This document shows, in pieces, positions 51,210 to 64,000 of a DNA stretch of 64,000 nt (within the stretch, counting starts at the first letter, position 1; each line of letters starts with the position of its first letter). The notes below the pieces were generated by a model, which did no database searches, was not told the DNA's origin, and saw only the letters and a list, made by a program, of their open reading frames with translations. The stretch is from Eledone cirrhosa (taxonomy: Eukaryota): positions 47,430,001 to 47,494,000 of the forward strand of contig OZ024751.1 in assembly GCA_964016885.1 (NCBI GenBank), read 5' to 3'. Position numbers and translations under genes: made by a program.

Positions 51210-53981
51210 TAAGAGGAATTCCAACTTTGTCTGATTTACTCGTTTTATTTACAATCCTTTAAAATATATATAATGGTATTATAATGAAATAGTATGATAG
51301 AATATTAAATTCTAAGTGTTAATTGAACAAGTACTTTCATGCTTTCGCAATCTTCAGGTTCATGATATGTGGTGACAGTCGAGTTTGCAATTTTCAACTG
51401 TAATGAGATGGGTAAATTTCCTACCTTTTATACATTTTATACAGAGAAAAGTGGCTCCAGAATGCAAAGCCCTGTAAACTGTATTTCGACCAATCAGTGT
51501 GTAGTTTCACTGAATTACTACAGCTGATTGGTTTAAGCGTCACGGCTGGTTGAGCATGCTAACGACCAATAGTCATATCCAACGTATCAATTGTTCTGCT
51601 TTTTTTGAAATGATGAAAATAGCATTTTCTATTAATCATCACCATCAACATCACTTTTATTATTATTATTATTGTTGTTGTTGTTGTTGTTGTTGTTAGT
51701 GGTCGTGGTCATAGTGGTAGTAGAAGTAATACCCCTAGGCGTTATTATTGTTCATTTAGCTTGGGTTTGAATTTATCAATAAAATTATTTTCTTTGATTT
51801 TTCTCTTGATTTCACTTGGGCTGTGTAATTTGTAGAATGGGAATATTATAAATATTCCCTGACCACATGTTGCCAGGTGGCCGCTTAGGGGTATCTGACG
51901 GACATTTGGGTCTCTGATTTGTTGACGGTGTACCCGTGCACGTTCCGATAGTGCATTTCCAGTTTGACCGACATATAGTTCTTCACAATTCGGGCATTTA
52001 ATGCAGTAAATTAGATTTCTGCTTTTGCAGTTCATATTTGCATTTGGGAATATTTTTCCAGTTTTTGTTTTCATATATTGACCGGCGTGTATGGATTGAC
52101 ATGTGCCGCATCGATTATCATTGCATTTAGATACAGTGAATGATTGGTCTTTGTTGTTAAGGTCAAACTTTGCTTTTGTTAGCAATTGCTTCAAATTTTT
52201 TTGGCTGTCTTTTACTAAGAGTCAAAGATCGATCTGTGATTAAGCCTTTTAATTCATTACTTTGAGCAATGATCGGTAGGTTTGCTTTGGCAGTGTTGAA
52301 GATATTCTGGTGACATGGGTTGTGTGTCATTATAAATGGTATGACCAGTTCTTGGTTTCTTCTTCCTTGGGTTGTTCTAAGTTGTTGTATAGGTATTTTT
52401 ATAGCCCGCTGTATGCCATTTTCTATAAGTAGAGATGGGTATTTTTGTTTGAGCAAAAATTCTCTTAGTTCTGTTAGGCGTTTGTACCTGGTATTCGTAT
52501 CTTCTACAATGGTACAAATTCTTCTGGCTAGGCAGTATGGGATGTTGCGTTTTGTATGAGGTGGATGGCACGACTTAAAATTCAGATATTGATGGGTGTC
52601 TGTGTGTTTATAATATATATATCCGTGGTAATGGTGGTGTCGTTTTTGATTATCATTATATCTAGGAATGGTAATTTGGTCCTACTCATCTCTTTTGTGA
52701 ATTGGAGAGATGGGTGTAGGTTATTCAGGAGGATATTGAACTCATCCAGAGTATCTAGAGATTCTGTCCAGATGATGAAACAGTCGTCAAGGTATCTCTT
52801 CCAAGATTTTTCAATGTACTTTCTAAAGTCAGTACTATATTTTTCCTCTATTTCTTGGTAGAGTTGTTGTTCTAAGTATCCCATTACAGAGTTCGCGTAA
52901 ACGGGAGCAAACTTCGTTCCCATCGCTGTGCCTCTAATTTGGATGTAATTCTTTCCATTGAAGAAGAAAGTGTTGTTTTCCAGAATAAGTTTAACTGCGT
53001 CTAATATAAATGGCGCTGTGAATCTAATGGGAATCACTTCTCTATGTTTTTCCACCCAGTATTTAACCGCCTTTATTCCTAAATCATGTGTAATGTTGGT
53101 GTAAAGGCTTACCACATCAAAACTGAGTAGAAGTGAATTCGTTTCCGTGGTTTTGGGAAGATGGGACAGGAAGTCGATATCATCCCGGATGAAACTGGGT
53201 ATGTGAATACATAGTGGTTTCAAAATAATGTCAACAAAATTGCTTAGACGGTGAGTGGGGCATGTTGGACCAGCTATAATAGGTCTAAGTTTTAAGTCTT
53301 TTGGGTGTAATAATTTAATGTACTCACTGTTTTGTTCTCTTACTGCCAGTTGTATTTCTTTTGACTTGTGAACTTTCGGTAGGCCATACAGGTTGCTGGG
53401 TTTCGGCTCAAAATTGGTGATGTAGTCTCTTTCCTTATCAGTAAATGAGTTGTGGTATTTTGAAGCCAGGTTGTTGATCTTCTTCATGATGTTGTGGTCT
53501 ATATTTGACGGTATTTCATGATAGAATGTTGTGTCTTTCAGTTGTTCCTCAACCAAATACTTGTAGTATTCAGTATCCATTATAACAACTGCACCCCCTT
53601 TATCTGCTTGTTTAATTATTATTGTTTTATCATTTTGTATACGTTTAAGTGCAGACATTTCTGATTTGTTAATGTTTGGCCTAACATTAGTATTATGTCT
53701 AAGAGGAAATTTAGACAGGATGTCAATGTATTGGTCGAGATAGATATTTCTTCCTTTTGGCGGAGTGAAATTTGATTTATTCTTTACTAGTGATTCATCA
53801 CTCTCATTATTTTTATCAGCGAAGAATTCTACAAGACGTAATTTTCGACAGAATTCTTGGGTATCCTCCTTCAGTTCTTGGTGGTTGACTGTTGGAGTCG
53901 GTGTGAATTTCAGTCCTTTTGACAGAATTTGCATTTCATCATTGTCAAGATCTCTTTTAGATAAATTAATTATTTTAGGAT

Positions 53982-55071
53982 CTACGTGTACAGCTGTTTT
54001 GGGTATGTTTCCTCCTGGGGTTTTTCTTTTTCCGGTTTTTGTTGTCCTGACGTTAAAAAATGGATTTTTCTCTGTTCAGGATTTATATTCCTGCTGGTGT
54101 TCGCTTGATGAACTTTTGGTCGTGATATTATATTTGGTTTCGTTATGTATTTTGTCCTATTTTTGGTATTCTGTATATTATTTTTCTTCCTGTTAGCATT
54201 ATTTTTAACAATCTGGGAAAATGACCTAGGTTTGCTTTCAGGTTTAGATCGTTTTTTCGTCCAGTTTCTTGTGGGCAATCTCTGTTGAGATCTTGAGAGT
54301 GATCTGGTTATTCTACGTTTTGTTTCCACATTCCTTGTTGGTAGTCTCTGTTGAGATCTTGAGAATGATCTCCTGGTTTTACTACTTCTCATGGTCTGGT
54401 CAAAGGAATACCTATCGTGTTTGTGCTTTTTGTTCATGTTGTGTGCGATAGGGTGTTTTTGTAGAAAAAGCGAAGAGTTATTACCGTAGTTCTTCTTTGA
54501 TTCAAGGTAAGGTGAGTGTTTGTGTTGGCACGTGTTCTGGCGTATGTTGTGTTGATGAGATTGTCCACTTTTAATGCTTTTTCTCAGGGTTCCAGAGTCT
54601 TTACCGTAATTTGCAGCATATTCATCGAGAAATAATTGTTTCTGCTGCCATACCTTTCTTGATTTGTTTTCTTCTTTTGAGATATCTCCGATCCATAGTT
54701 CTCGTAGTTTTTCAGCTATAATACCAGTCGTTAGCTTTGAAATTTCAACTTCAATTTGGTCATCAATAGCTTCATATTTGGCTTTGTAGCGGGATTGTTT
54801 ACATTCAGAAATGGAGATGTCGGTCCTGAATTTTGTCAATGTAAGTTCCCATCGAAGTTCCCATTGCAATTTCTGTAATTAGGTATTTACGAGGGAGTAT
54901 GGGTGCCGTTAGAGAGAGCCATTTCGAATGTGTTTCGACATATTTTTCGCATCTGTATGCTTTCCAGAAATTTTGTTTTCTTATGTTAATGAATTTTTTC
55001 CATGTCTTCCACATTTCTTTTCTTATTCGATGTGTTTTGTTTTCCAAATTTCTTTCGTTTATTTCTGACAT
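53982..55071 (-). pseudogene. Upstream ORF of the PLE (Trp-containing helical region plus basic RS-rich region)
   Basis: ORFs 54805-55071 and 53982-54869 are split at a short duplication (AAGTTCCCAT x2); they lie between the 5' pLTR and the RT frame. Confidence 0.6.
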
Positions 55072-56441
55072 CCAAGGGGGTTGTGGTAGGCTTTCTCTTG
55101 TATCTTTGATAACTGTTGGTATAATTTCAGCTAAATTCTTAATTTCAGAGTTTATATGTTCAGTTATAAGTTTTCCGTCTGTAGATTGTTTTTCTATTTC
55201 CTTTAAAATAGAGGATTATGTGTCCATCATCGTGATAAGTGTTGATAATTTCGATGATATCTCCTTTAGAATTCTTTCTGATTCTGTTGGTTTCATTTGT
55301 TGCTTTCCAGACACGTTGGCATATACACAATAGGAATATATATATAGATATAGATAGGTAAATATACACGGGTGTGTATGATTGTGTATAGAAGATTATA
55401 TTAATAAGAGGAATTCCAACTTTGTCTGATTTACTCGTTTTATTTACAATCCTTTAAAATATATATAATGGTATTATATATATAATGGTATTATAATGAA
55501 ATAGTATGATAATGAAATAGTATGATAGAATGGTATTATAAAATGATATAATGGTATTATAATGAAATAGTATATTATAGAATGATATAATGGTATTATA
55601 TTGAAATAGTATGATAATGAAATAGTATGATAGAATATTAAATTCAGCAACAAAGACCAATCATTCACTGTATCTAAATGCAATGATAATCGATGCGGCA
55701 CATGTCAATCCATACACGCCGGTCAATATATGAAAACAAAAACTGGAAAAATATTCCCAAATGCAAATATGAACTGCAAAAGCAGAAATCTAATTTACTG
55801 CATTAAATGCCCGAATTGTGAAGAACTATATGTCGGTCAAACTGGAAATGCACTATCGGAACGTGCACGGGTACACCGTCAACAAATCAGAGACCCAAAT
55901 GTCCGTCAGATACCCCTAAGCGGCCACCTGGCAACATGTGGTCAGGGAATATTTATAATATTCCCATTCTACAAATTACACAGCCCAAGTGAAATCAAGA
56001 GAAAAATCAAAGAAAATAATTTTATTGATAAATTCAAACCCAAGCTAAATGAACAATAATAACGCCTAGGGGTATTACTTCTACTACCACTATGACCACG
56101 ACCACTAACAACAGCAACAACAACAACAACAATAATAATAATAATAAAAGTGATGTTGATGGTGATGATTAATAGAAAATGCTATTTTCATCATTTCAAA
56201 AAAAGCAGAACAATTGATACGTTGGATATGACTATTGGTCGTTAGCATGCTCAACCAGCCGTGACGCTTAAACCAATCAGCTGTAGTAATTCAGTGAAAC
56301 TACACACTGATTGGTCGAAATACAGTTTACAGGGCTTTGCATTCTGGAGCCACTTTTCTCTGTATAAAATGTATAAAAGGTAGGAAATTTACCCATCTCA
56401 TTACAGTTGAAAATTGCAAACTCGACTGTCACCACATATCA

Positions 56442-56480
56442 TGAACCTGAAGATTGCGAAAGCATGAAAGTACTTGTTCA
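56442..56480 (+). ncRNA. Minimal type I hammerhead ribozyme (mirror at 51325-51363 minus)
   Basis: TGAAC-CTGAAGA-TTGC GAAA GCAT-GAAA-GTAC-TT-GTTCA; palindromic stem III. Confidence 0.85.
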
Positions 56481-56641
56481 ATTAACACTTAGAATTTAAT
56501 ATTCTATCATACTATTTCATTATAATACCATTATATATATTTTAAAGGATTGTAAATAAAACGAGTAAATCAGACAAAGTTGGAATTCCTCTTATTAATA
56601 TAATCTTCTATACACAATCATACACACCCGTGTATATTTAC

Positions 56642-56763
<122 letters not shown>

Positions 56764-57513
56764 TCGTGGAAACAAAGATATAGACGAGAGTAATAATAAT
56801 AATAATAATAAAAAACAGGGAAAAGAATGGTAGGAGAGAAAATCCGCATTTTTGTAGGTCACTGATCTCGTGTGAGAAGGCCAAATACTTGTGTTTCAGG
56901 ATTGTTATTTATCTTCAGTAACATTTATTACTAACTCAGTACTGAGATAAAGTAGGCTGATAGCTGATAGAGATTTGTTTTGTAAACAATACATTTACGG
57001 AGAAGCCAAATAGTACATACATACATATACGAAGGTAGGTATATAGGTACATATCTATGATATCGCATGACAATCTTAATTCAGTATTGTTTGTTCGTTT
57101 CATTCTTTTTTCTTTGTTTCTTTTTTCATTATTTCTTTGCTTCTTTCTCTCCCCCAAACGTTAAAACAATGTGTACTCTATGCTCTACGGTATGTATATA
57201 TATATACATTTTTAATATTTTCCAATGTTGATTATATGCACTGTAACGTAAGTATATGTAATATACATCAATGCATTTTCTGCAACGCTAGTTTGTTTCG
57301 TGCATGTGTGTGTGTGTGTGGGTGTGTATGTGTGTGTGTGTGTGCATTTATAGATATGTTATATGTATTTCATGAACACGCGTCATGCTTCGAATGCAAT
57401 CTGGAAATTTCCCCAGCCTACACCACCTGGGTCAGGGGGAATTGTCAAGATTTATTAATACCAACGCACACACACACACACACACATACACACACACACA
57501 CACACACATACAT

Positions 57514-57598
<85 letters not shown>

Positions 57599-57819
57599 TA
57601 TATATATATACATACATATACACACAGATACATACATGCATACATACATTATTAGCACAGAATATATTTACGTGTGTGTTTGTATATATATATATACATA
57701 TATATACGTGTGTGTATACGTGTGTATGTATCTATGTATTTACGTATGTATGTATATATGTTTGTATTTCTGTGTACGTGTGCATGGATATATGTTCGTG
57801 TGTGTATATATATATATAT

Positions 57820-58252
57820 TCGTGTGTGTATGTATGCATGTATGCATGTATGTATGCATGCAGGTATGCATGTATGTATGTATGTATGTATGTATGTATG
57901 TATGTATGTATGTATGTATGTATGTACGTATGCAGGCAGGCAGGCAGGCAGGTATGTATGTATGTATGTATGTATGTATGTATGTATGTATGTATGTATG
58001 TATGTATGTATGTATACACGTATGTATGTATGTATGTATGTATGTATGTATGTATGTATGTATGTATGTATGTATGTATGTATGTATATATGTATGTATG
58101 TATGCATGCATGCATGTATGTATGTATGCATGTATGTATGTATGTATGTATGTATGTATGTATGTATGTATGTATGTATGTATGTATGTATGCATGTATG
58201 TATGTATGTATGTATGTATGTATACACGTATGTATGTATGTCCGTATGTATG
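57820..58252. repeat. (TATG)n microsatellite
   Basis: Direct reading. Confidence 0.95.
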
Positions 58253-58649
58253 TGTGTTCATACATTAGGTAGATTAATATGGTAGAAGTTTATTTCTCAG
58301 GTGTAAACTAGAATTTACCTGACAATACATCACTGCTGTCATCGTTATTGTTGTCATTGCTGTTGTTGTTGTTGTTGTTGTTGTCATTGCTGTTGTTGTT
58401 GTTGTTGTTGTCAACGTTGTTGTTGTTGTTAACGTTGTTGTTGTTGTTGTTGTTGTTGTTGTTAATACAGTTTTCAACATTGTTGCTGTTATTGCTGTTG
58501 TTGTTGTAATTGTTCTGTTTCAATCAGTCATAAATGTTCTCTATTTGTATGGAAGGCCGTTTGATTGGAAATTTAATTTGATTTCAATTTATCACTACAC
58601 GTTAAGGAAGACATTCATCAATCTAACAGTGCTACCACTTCTTGCAGAT

Positions 58650-58787
58650 GTAAGTTATTCCTAATCCTAGATACATATAAGTTATTCCTAATCCTAGATA
58701 CATATAAGTTATTCCTAATCCTAGATACATATAAGTTATTCCTAATCCTAGACACATATAAGTTATTCCTAATCCTAGATACATATC
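58650..58787. repeat. 27-bp tandem repeat, 5 copies
   Basis: TAAGTTATTCCTAATCCTAGATACATA. Confidence 0.92.
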
Positions 58788-59716
58788 GATAACACAAGTG
58801 AATTGGGCCAGCAAGATTATATAGCATATATGTTGGCCACGGAACTAGCACACTGAGAGTTTGAAGATGGAGATCATGAGAGATATTATATATTTTAGTC
58901 ACGGAGATGGAACACTTTGAAGACGGAGCTCATGAGAAATAGTATATACTAGCAGAATGGCCTTTAGGGGAGATGGTCACCATTTTAGAAGGCTTCATTG
59001 TTTTTATGATTTAGAGGGGAGTTCGTTTCCCTAGCTTGGTTGGTAGAACATCTCTACTATTTGTTGTTAGGTGTAGGTACACAATTAAGCAAATAAAAAA
59101 CATACCTCGAGATGAGATGTACATGAGCATTTTAATCAGAGCAATTAACAAAGCAGGTTATCATATCAGTTGTTCCTATGTTGGTAATTGGTAATTATCA
59201 TTAATTGGCGGTCTTCAATTATCCCGTGACCGCATGGTGTGCTATCGCTGTTTCGCCACCGTGAAACACGTCTGTTCGCCTCAACACACCAAGTTGAAAA
59301 GAGTGTGTATTCAGCTACTGACGTCAGAACGTGACGTCTGAACTAAGGGCAGTTAATCGACTGCTTCCAAAGTCAAAGCTAGGTGGCGTGATCTTCTACA
59401 GGCCCAGCGTTGCTCGGGATTTGCTCTAGGGTTCTTATATATTTGATATATATTTATCCTTCTCGAGCCTCGTGAAGTAAATTCGTTTGTTTATATGTTG
59501 TTATTGTGTATGCAAAAATATCTGTACACGAATATATAAATAACAGTATAGAGAAATACGGAATACCTCGGTCTCAGGTTGGTGTCTATATTTTGTACTT
59601 ATAAAAAAAAAGGTTCGTCGTATATTAGCAGGGCTTTTTTCCGTTCGAAGAAAATCAATACTTTATCGCGAAATAAATACTTTTGTTTATATATGTATGC
59701 AAACATATCTGTACAC

Positions 59717-59787
<71 letters not shown>

Positions 59788-59793
<6 letters not shown>

Positions 59794-59860
59794 TAACAGA
59801 TTAAAGTTTAAAGCAAAGAATCGCTGCTTTCACCCTTAACGGGATCTTCTGAAACTAAAA
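59788..59860 (-). ncRNA. Degenerate HHR of the pLTR family also seen at 61604-61740
   Basis: AGTTT-CAGAAGA-TCCC GTTAA GGGT-GAAA-GCA..TGC-TT-TAAACT. Confidence 0.55.
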
Positions 59861-60109
59861 TAATAAATCTGTGAACGCAAAAGTAAATATTTCGAAAAAC
59901 GTTACACACACTATATATATATATACACACACTATATATACATATACACACGCACACACACACCGCGTCATAATGACGTGATGCAGACAGCCAGGCATAC
60001 AGACAGATATTAAAAGGACGCAACGTAATATCTATGTATCTATCTAAAAAACAGAAAGACTAAGAGAGCGAGAAAGAGATCGCTAAATCGCCTAATGCGG
60101 TCCCTAGGG

Positions 60110-60258
60110 CATTGGAAATTTGAAATTTATTTTGCTCAGAACATTCAATAGGACCATAAGTATTACGTGTGTAAAGTTTGAAAACAATCGGTTGGGTGGT
60201 TCTCGAGCTTTAGTGATTGTACAGACAGACAGACATTCTCTGTTTTAGTAATATAGAT
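60110..60258 (-). mobile_element. Non-autonomous Helitron-like 5' end
   Basis: Minus strand begins A|TCTATATTACTAAAACAGAGAATGTCTGTCTGTCTG, the TC start and (GTCT)n layout typical of invertebrate non-autonomous Helitrons. Confidence 0.4.
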
Positions 60259-60560
60259 GTTGGTCAAGGCGCTGGAACACTTTGAAGATGGAGGCCATGC
60301 AATATTCTTTGTGGTATTTATTGACAGCTATGTAAACTGTGTTATGTGTTTACTCACTATGCTTAATTTCTAGCTATTGTGAGACAACATGACCAACAAA
60401 TAGCTAGAGCAGAGGAAGAGTGTATTGGCCGTAGACTCGGCGTAGTAGAAATTTCAGCTTACTCAATAGAAACCATAACACATTCGGTTGCTGGTCAGAC
60501 ATTCTAACGTCGTTGACATCAATGTTTCTGTGGTGTATATGTGAAACCAGGAAAAAGAAC

Positions 60561-60626
<66 letters not shown>

Positions 60627-61186
60627 ATGTGATAGAAAGAGAGGAAGGGAGAGAGACAGAGAGAGAAAGGTAGAGGAAGAGGGAACGAACAGGAGAGGGA
60701 TATACATATATATATATATAAAGAGAGAGAGAGTGAGAGAGAGAGAAAGTGAGTGAGTGAAAGAGAAAGAGAGAGAGAGAGAAAGAAAGAGAGTGAGCCG
60801 TAGATAGATAGATAGATATATATATATAGAGAGAGAGATAGAGAGAGAGAGAAAGGGAGAGAGAGAGAGAGAGAGAGAGAGAAATGATGATTGTTTATAA
60901 AAAAAAAAGAGAGAAAAAAAGAACGAACAATAACAAACGAATGCAAACAAACCTAACAAGTGAAAGAATGAGAAAATCGAATCGCAATTGAATGAGTCAC
61001 GGAGCAGAGACGTAGATTAAATGAGAAAATCTCAGAAAGAACAAGGAAAAAATCACAAAGGCAAGAAATGAAAAGAATACCAGAGTGAAAGGCAACTAAG
61101 TAAAGAGAAAAGACAAAACTAAAATGGCGGCGATCACAAAAAATCATACGATATGAAAATGGCGTCTAGTGGTTTGATCCACTTAC

Positions 61187-61295
61187 CTTTTTTGAAGTTG
61201 TCATTAAATCCAGCGTATATGACAGGGTTGATGGCACTATTTGCGTAGGCGATGAATAAGGATATGTAATAGAATTTATCAAACCATGGTTCAAG
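61187..61295 (-). CDS. Exon of a class A neuropeptide GPCR (ECL3-TM7-helix 8; SIFamide/NPFF-receptor-like)
   Basis: LEPWFDKFYYISLFIAYANSAINPVIYAGFNDNFKKG with NSxxNPxxY; donor G|GTAAGT at 61187/61186; 5' boundary uncertain. Confidence 0.85.
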
Positions 61296-61557
61296 CTTGG
61301 TTCGTGATGGTAGTGAGAGTTGATGATTGGTAGATGATTGGTTGATGTTGGTAGTTTTGGTAGATAGGTAGGTAGATAGATTCATGGTGTTGGCGTTCAT
61401 AATATTTAAAGGTTGTTGTTGTTGTTGTTGTTGGTGGTGGTGGTAGTGGTAGTGGTGTTGGTGGATGACGGTGGCGGTGATGCGGAGGAAACATATCCGG
61501 AAAGTAAAATGAAAAAAACATAAATAAATATGTATATACATGTACAGACGCCAATAT

Positions 61558-62450
<893 letters not shown>

Positions 62451-62453
<3 letters not shown>

Positions 62454-62891
62454 AAATATTAAACAAATAATGAATAAAACAATGAAACAGTTCCTTATAT
62501 TAAACAAAAAAAGTTCATTATTTAACGATCGTTTCTAGGATATATATGTGTTAGAATTGGCATGCACATTCAACAGATCTATGTACAAAATTATACAAAA
62601 TTATACAAACTTATACAAACTACCAAGATTAAATATACATACCAAACACACATATACGCCGTCTTCAGAAATAATCATTATTTCTGAAGACGGCGTATAT
62701 GTGTGTTTGGTATGTATATTTAATCTTGATAGTTTGTATAATTTTGTATAATTTTGTACATAGATCTGTTGAATGTGCATGCCAATTCTAACACATATAT
62801 ATCCTAGAAACGATCGTTAAATAATGAACTTTTTTTGTTTAATATAAGGAACTGTTTCATTGTTTTATTCATTATTTGTTTAATATTTTAT
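62451..62891. mobile_element. PLE-derived fold-back palindrome with a complete long-stem-II HHR in each arm
   Basis: Centre C62676; CATTATTT-CTGAAGA-(~115 nt)-GAAA-CGATCG-TT-AAATAATG. Confidence 0.85.
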
Positions 62892-63022
62892 CTTGACTCT
62901 GTATACCGTTTATCTTTCACCGAAAGTGATTTTTCATTACATCTCTTCTTTCCATGATATCCGGAATACATTGAGTTCTTCATACGGATTGGACACTACC
63001 GTAAACTCTTGGTAGATTTATC

Positions 63023-63148
<126 letters not shown>

Positions 63149-63299
63149 GGAGGTGAGTTTTATTGTAGTACAATAAAGCAATGCAGATATCGGATAAGTA
63201 GCACTCTACAGTTTGTAGGACTGGAGTATAAATAATATATAAGATCAAAAGATGGTTAAAAGGGTTCCATGTATTTTATTATACGCATTTCAACAACGT

Positions 63300-64000
63300 C
63301 AAACGCAACTTTGTTAAATGTTCTTAATCCCATTCTAAATCAAGAAACTATTATTCCTATCGTAAATAACATCTCCAATCCAATTCCTTCTATAGATAAC
63401 ACTAGGTCACTTGTTAATAATTCTGTTAATTTCTCTAATCGCAATTGTAATTGCCCTGTTAAAAATAAATGTTCTCTCAACAACCATTGTCCTGAAAAAA
63501 ACATAATCTACGAATGTAAAGTTATAACTGACACCAATCCTTTACCTATTTTGGCTCCACTTCTACCTCCTTTAAAGCTCGTCTTTATAATCATCATTCG
63601 TCTTTTAAATACCAACTTAAAAGAACTAACACGGCACTCTCAGAACTCATATGGTCCTTGAAAGACAAAAATATTAACTATAACATCTCTTGGAGGAAGG
63701 TTTGTTCTGCTTCTCCATACTTGAATGGTTCTCTATCCAGGACATGTAATCTTTGTTTATGTGAGGAATTTACCATTATATCTAATTTAGATTCTATAAT
63801 AAATAGACGCACTGACTTGTATCACTTCCCTTTCTTTCTTTTTTTTTTCTTTTTTCTTTTTTTCTTTTTCTTTTAATTTCTAACCTCTAATCTGTACCTT
63901 TTCTTCCTAGATACTTCTCAATTCTCATTTTTAATCACCACAATATATCCTTACCCTTTTAAATACTTTATAATATCACCTTGAAAAATCCTTCGTAAAC
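63300..64000 (+). mobile_element. Hydra-like PLE 3' fragment (GIY-YIG), decayed
   Basis: NCNCPVKNKCSLNNHCPEKNIIYEC; after a frameshift YFGSTSTSFKARLYNH..TALS..W.LK..CNLC. Confidence 0.85.

Noticed and set aside
52190-52620. Further programmed frameshifts in the Neptune-like ORF
   Set aside because: They fall in an AT dinucleotide run and an A run inside conserved domains; slippage mutation or sequencing error is more likely.
55730-56059. Stand-alone GIY-YIG nuclease gene
   Set aside because: It is the inverted duplicate of the PLE 3' end at 51745-52156.
58308-58523. Poly-Asn exon with donor CAG|GTAAAT, possibly the GPCR tail
   Set aside because: Mostly (AAC)n, with a weak acceptor and no recognisable homology.

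Overview
AT-rich, microsatellite-dense eukaryotic DNA, most likely from an octopod cephalopod (inferred from the SINE family and repeat landscape). No prokaryotic features are present. The window is mostly retroelements inserted into microsatellites: a head-to-tail array of Dong/R4-type RLE LINEs in (TAA)n, Tx1-type LINE 3' ends in (CTAT)n and (ATT)n, one apparently intact full-length CR1-clade LINE, and two large Penelope-like elements (PLEs) with inverted pseudo-LTRs plus a third fragment. It also holds many short PLE-derived fold-back palindromes with hammerhead ribozyme (HHR) motifs in (TA)n, tRNA-derived SINEs, DNA transposon and Helitron relics, 46-bp and 13-bp satellites, and one exon (TM7/NPxxY) of a neuropeptide-type GPCR on the minus strand. 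Four observations stand out. (1) A Neptune-like PLE has an extra upstream ORF joined to the RT frame at a U UUU UUA -1 slippery site, and the CR1 element has a similar junction with no usable ORF2 AUG. (2) A ~200-bp hairpin element family has arms that co-vary within each copy but mismatch at the same single position. (3) Several fold-back elements centre on or within HHRs. (4) Tx1 copies are repeatedly 5'-truncated at TGG codons that lie in a GCC|TGG context in the longest copy. All calls are from reading by eye; no database searches were run.
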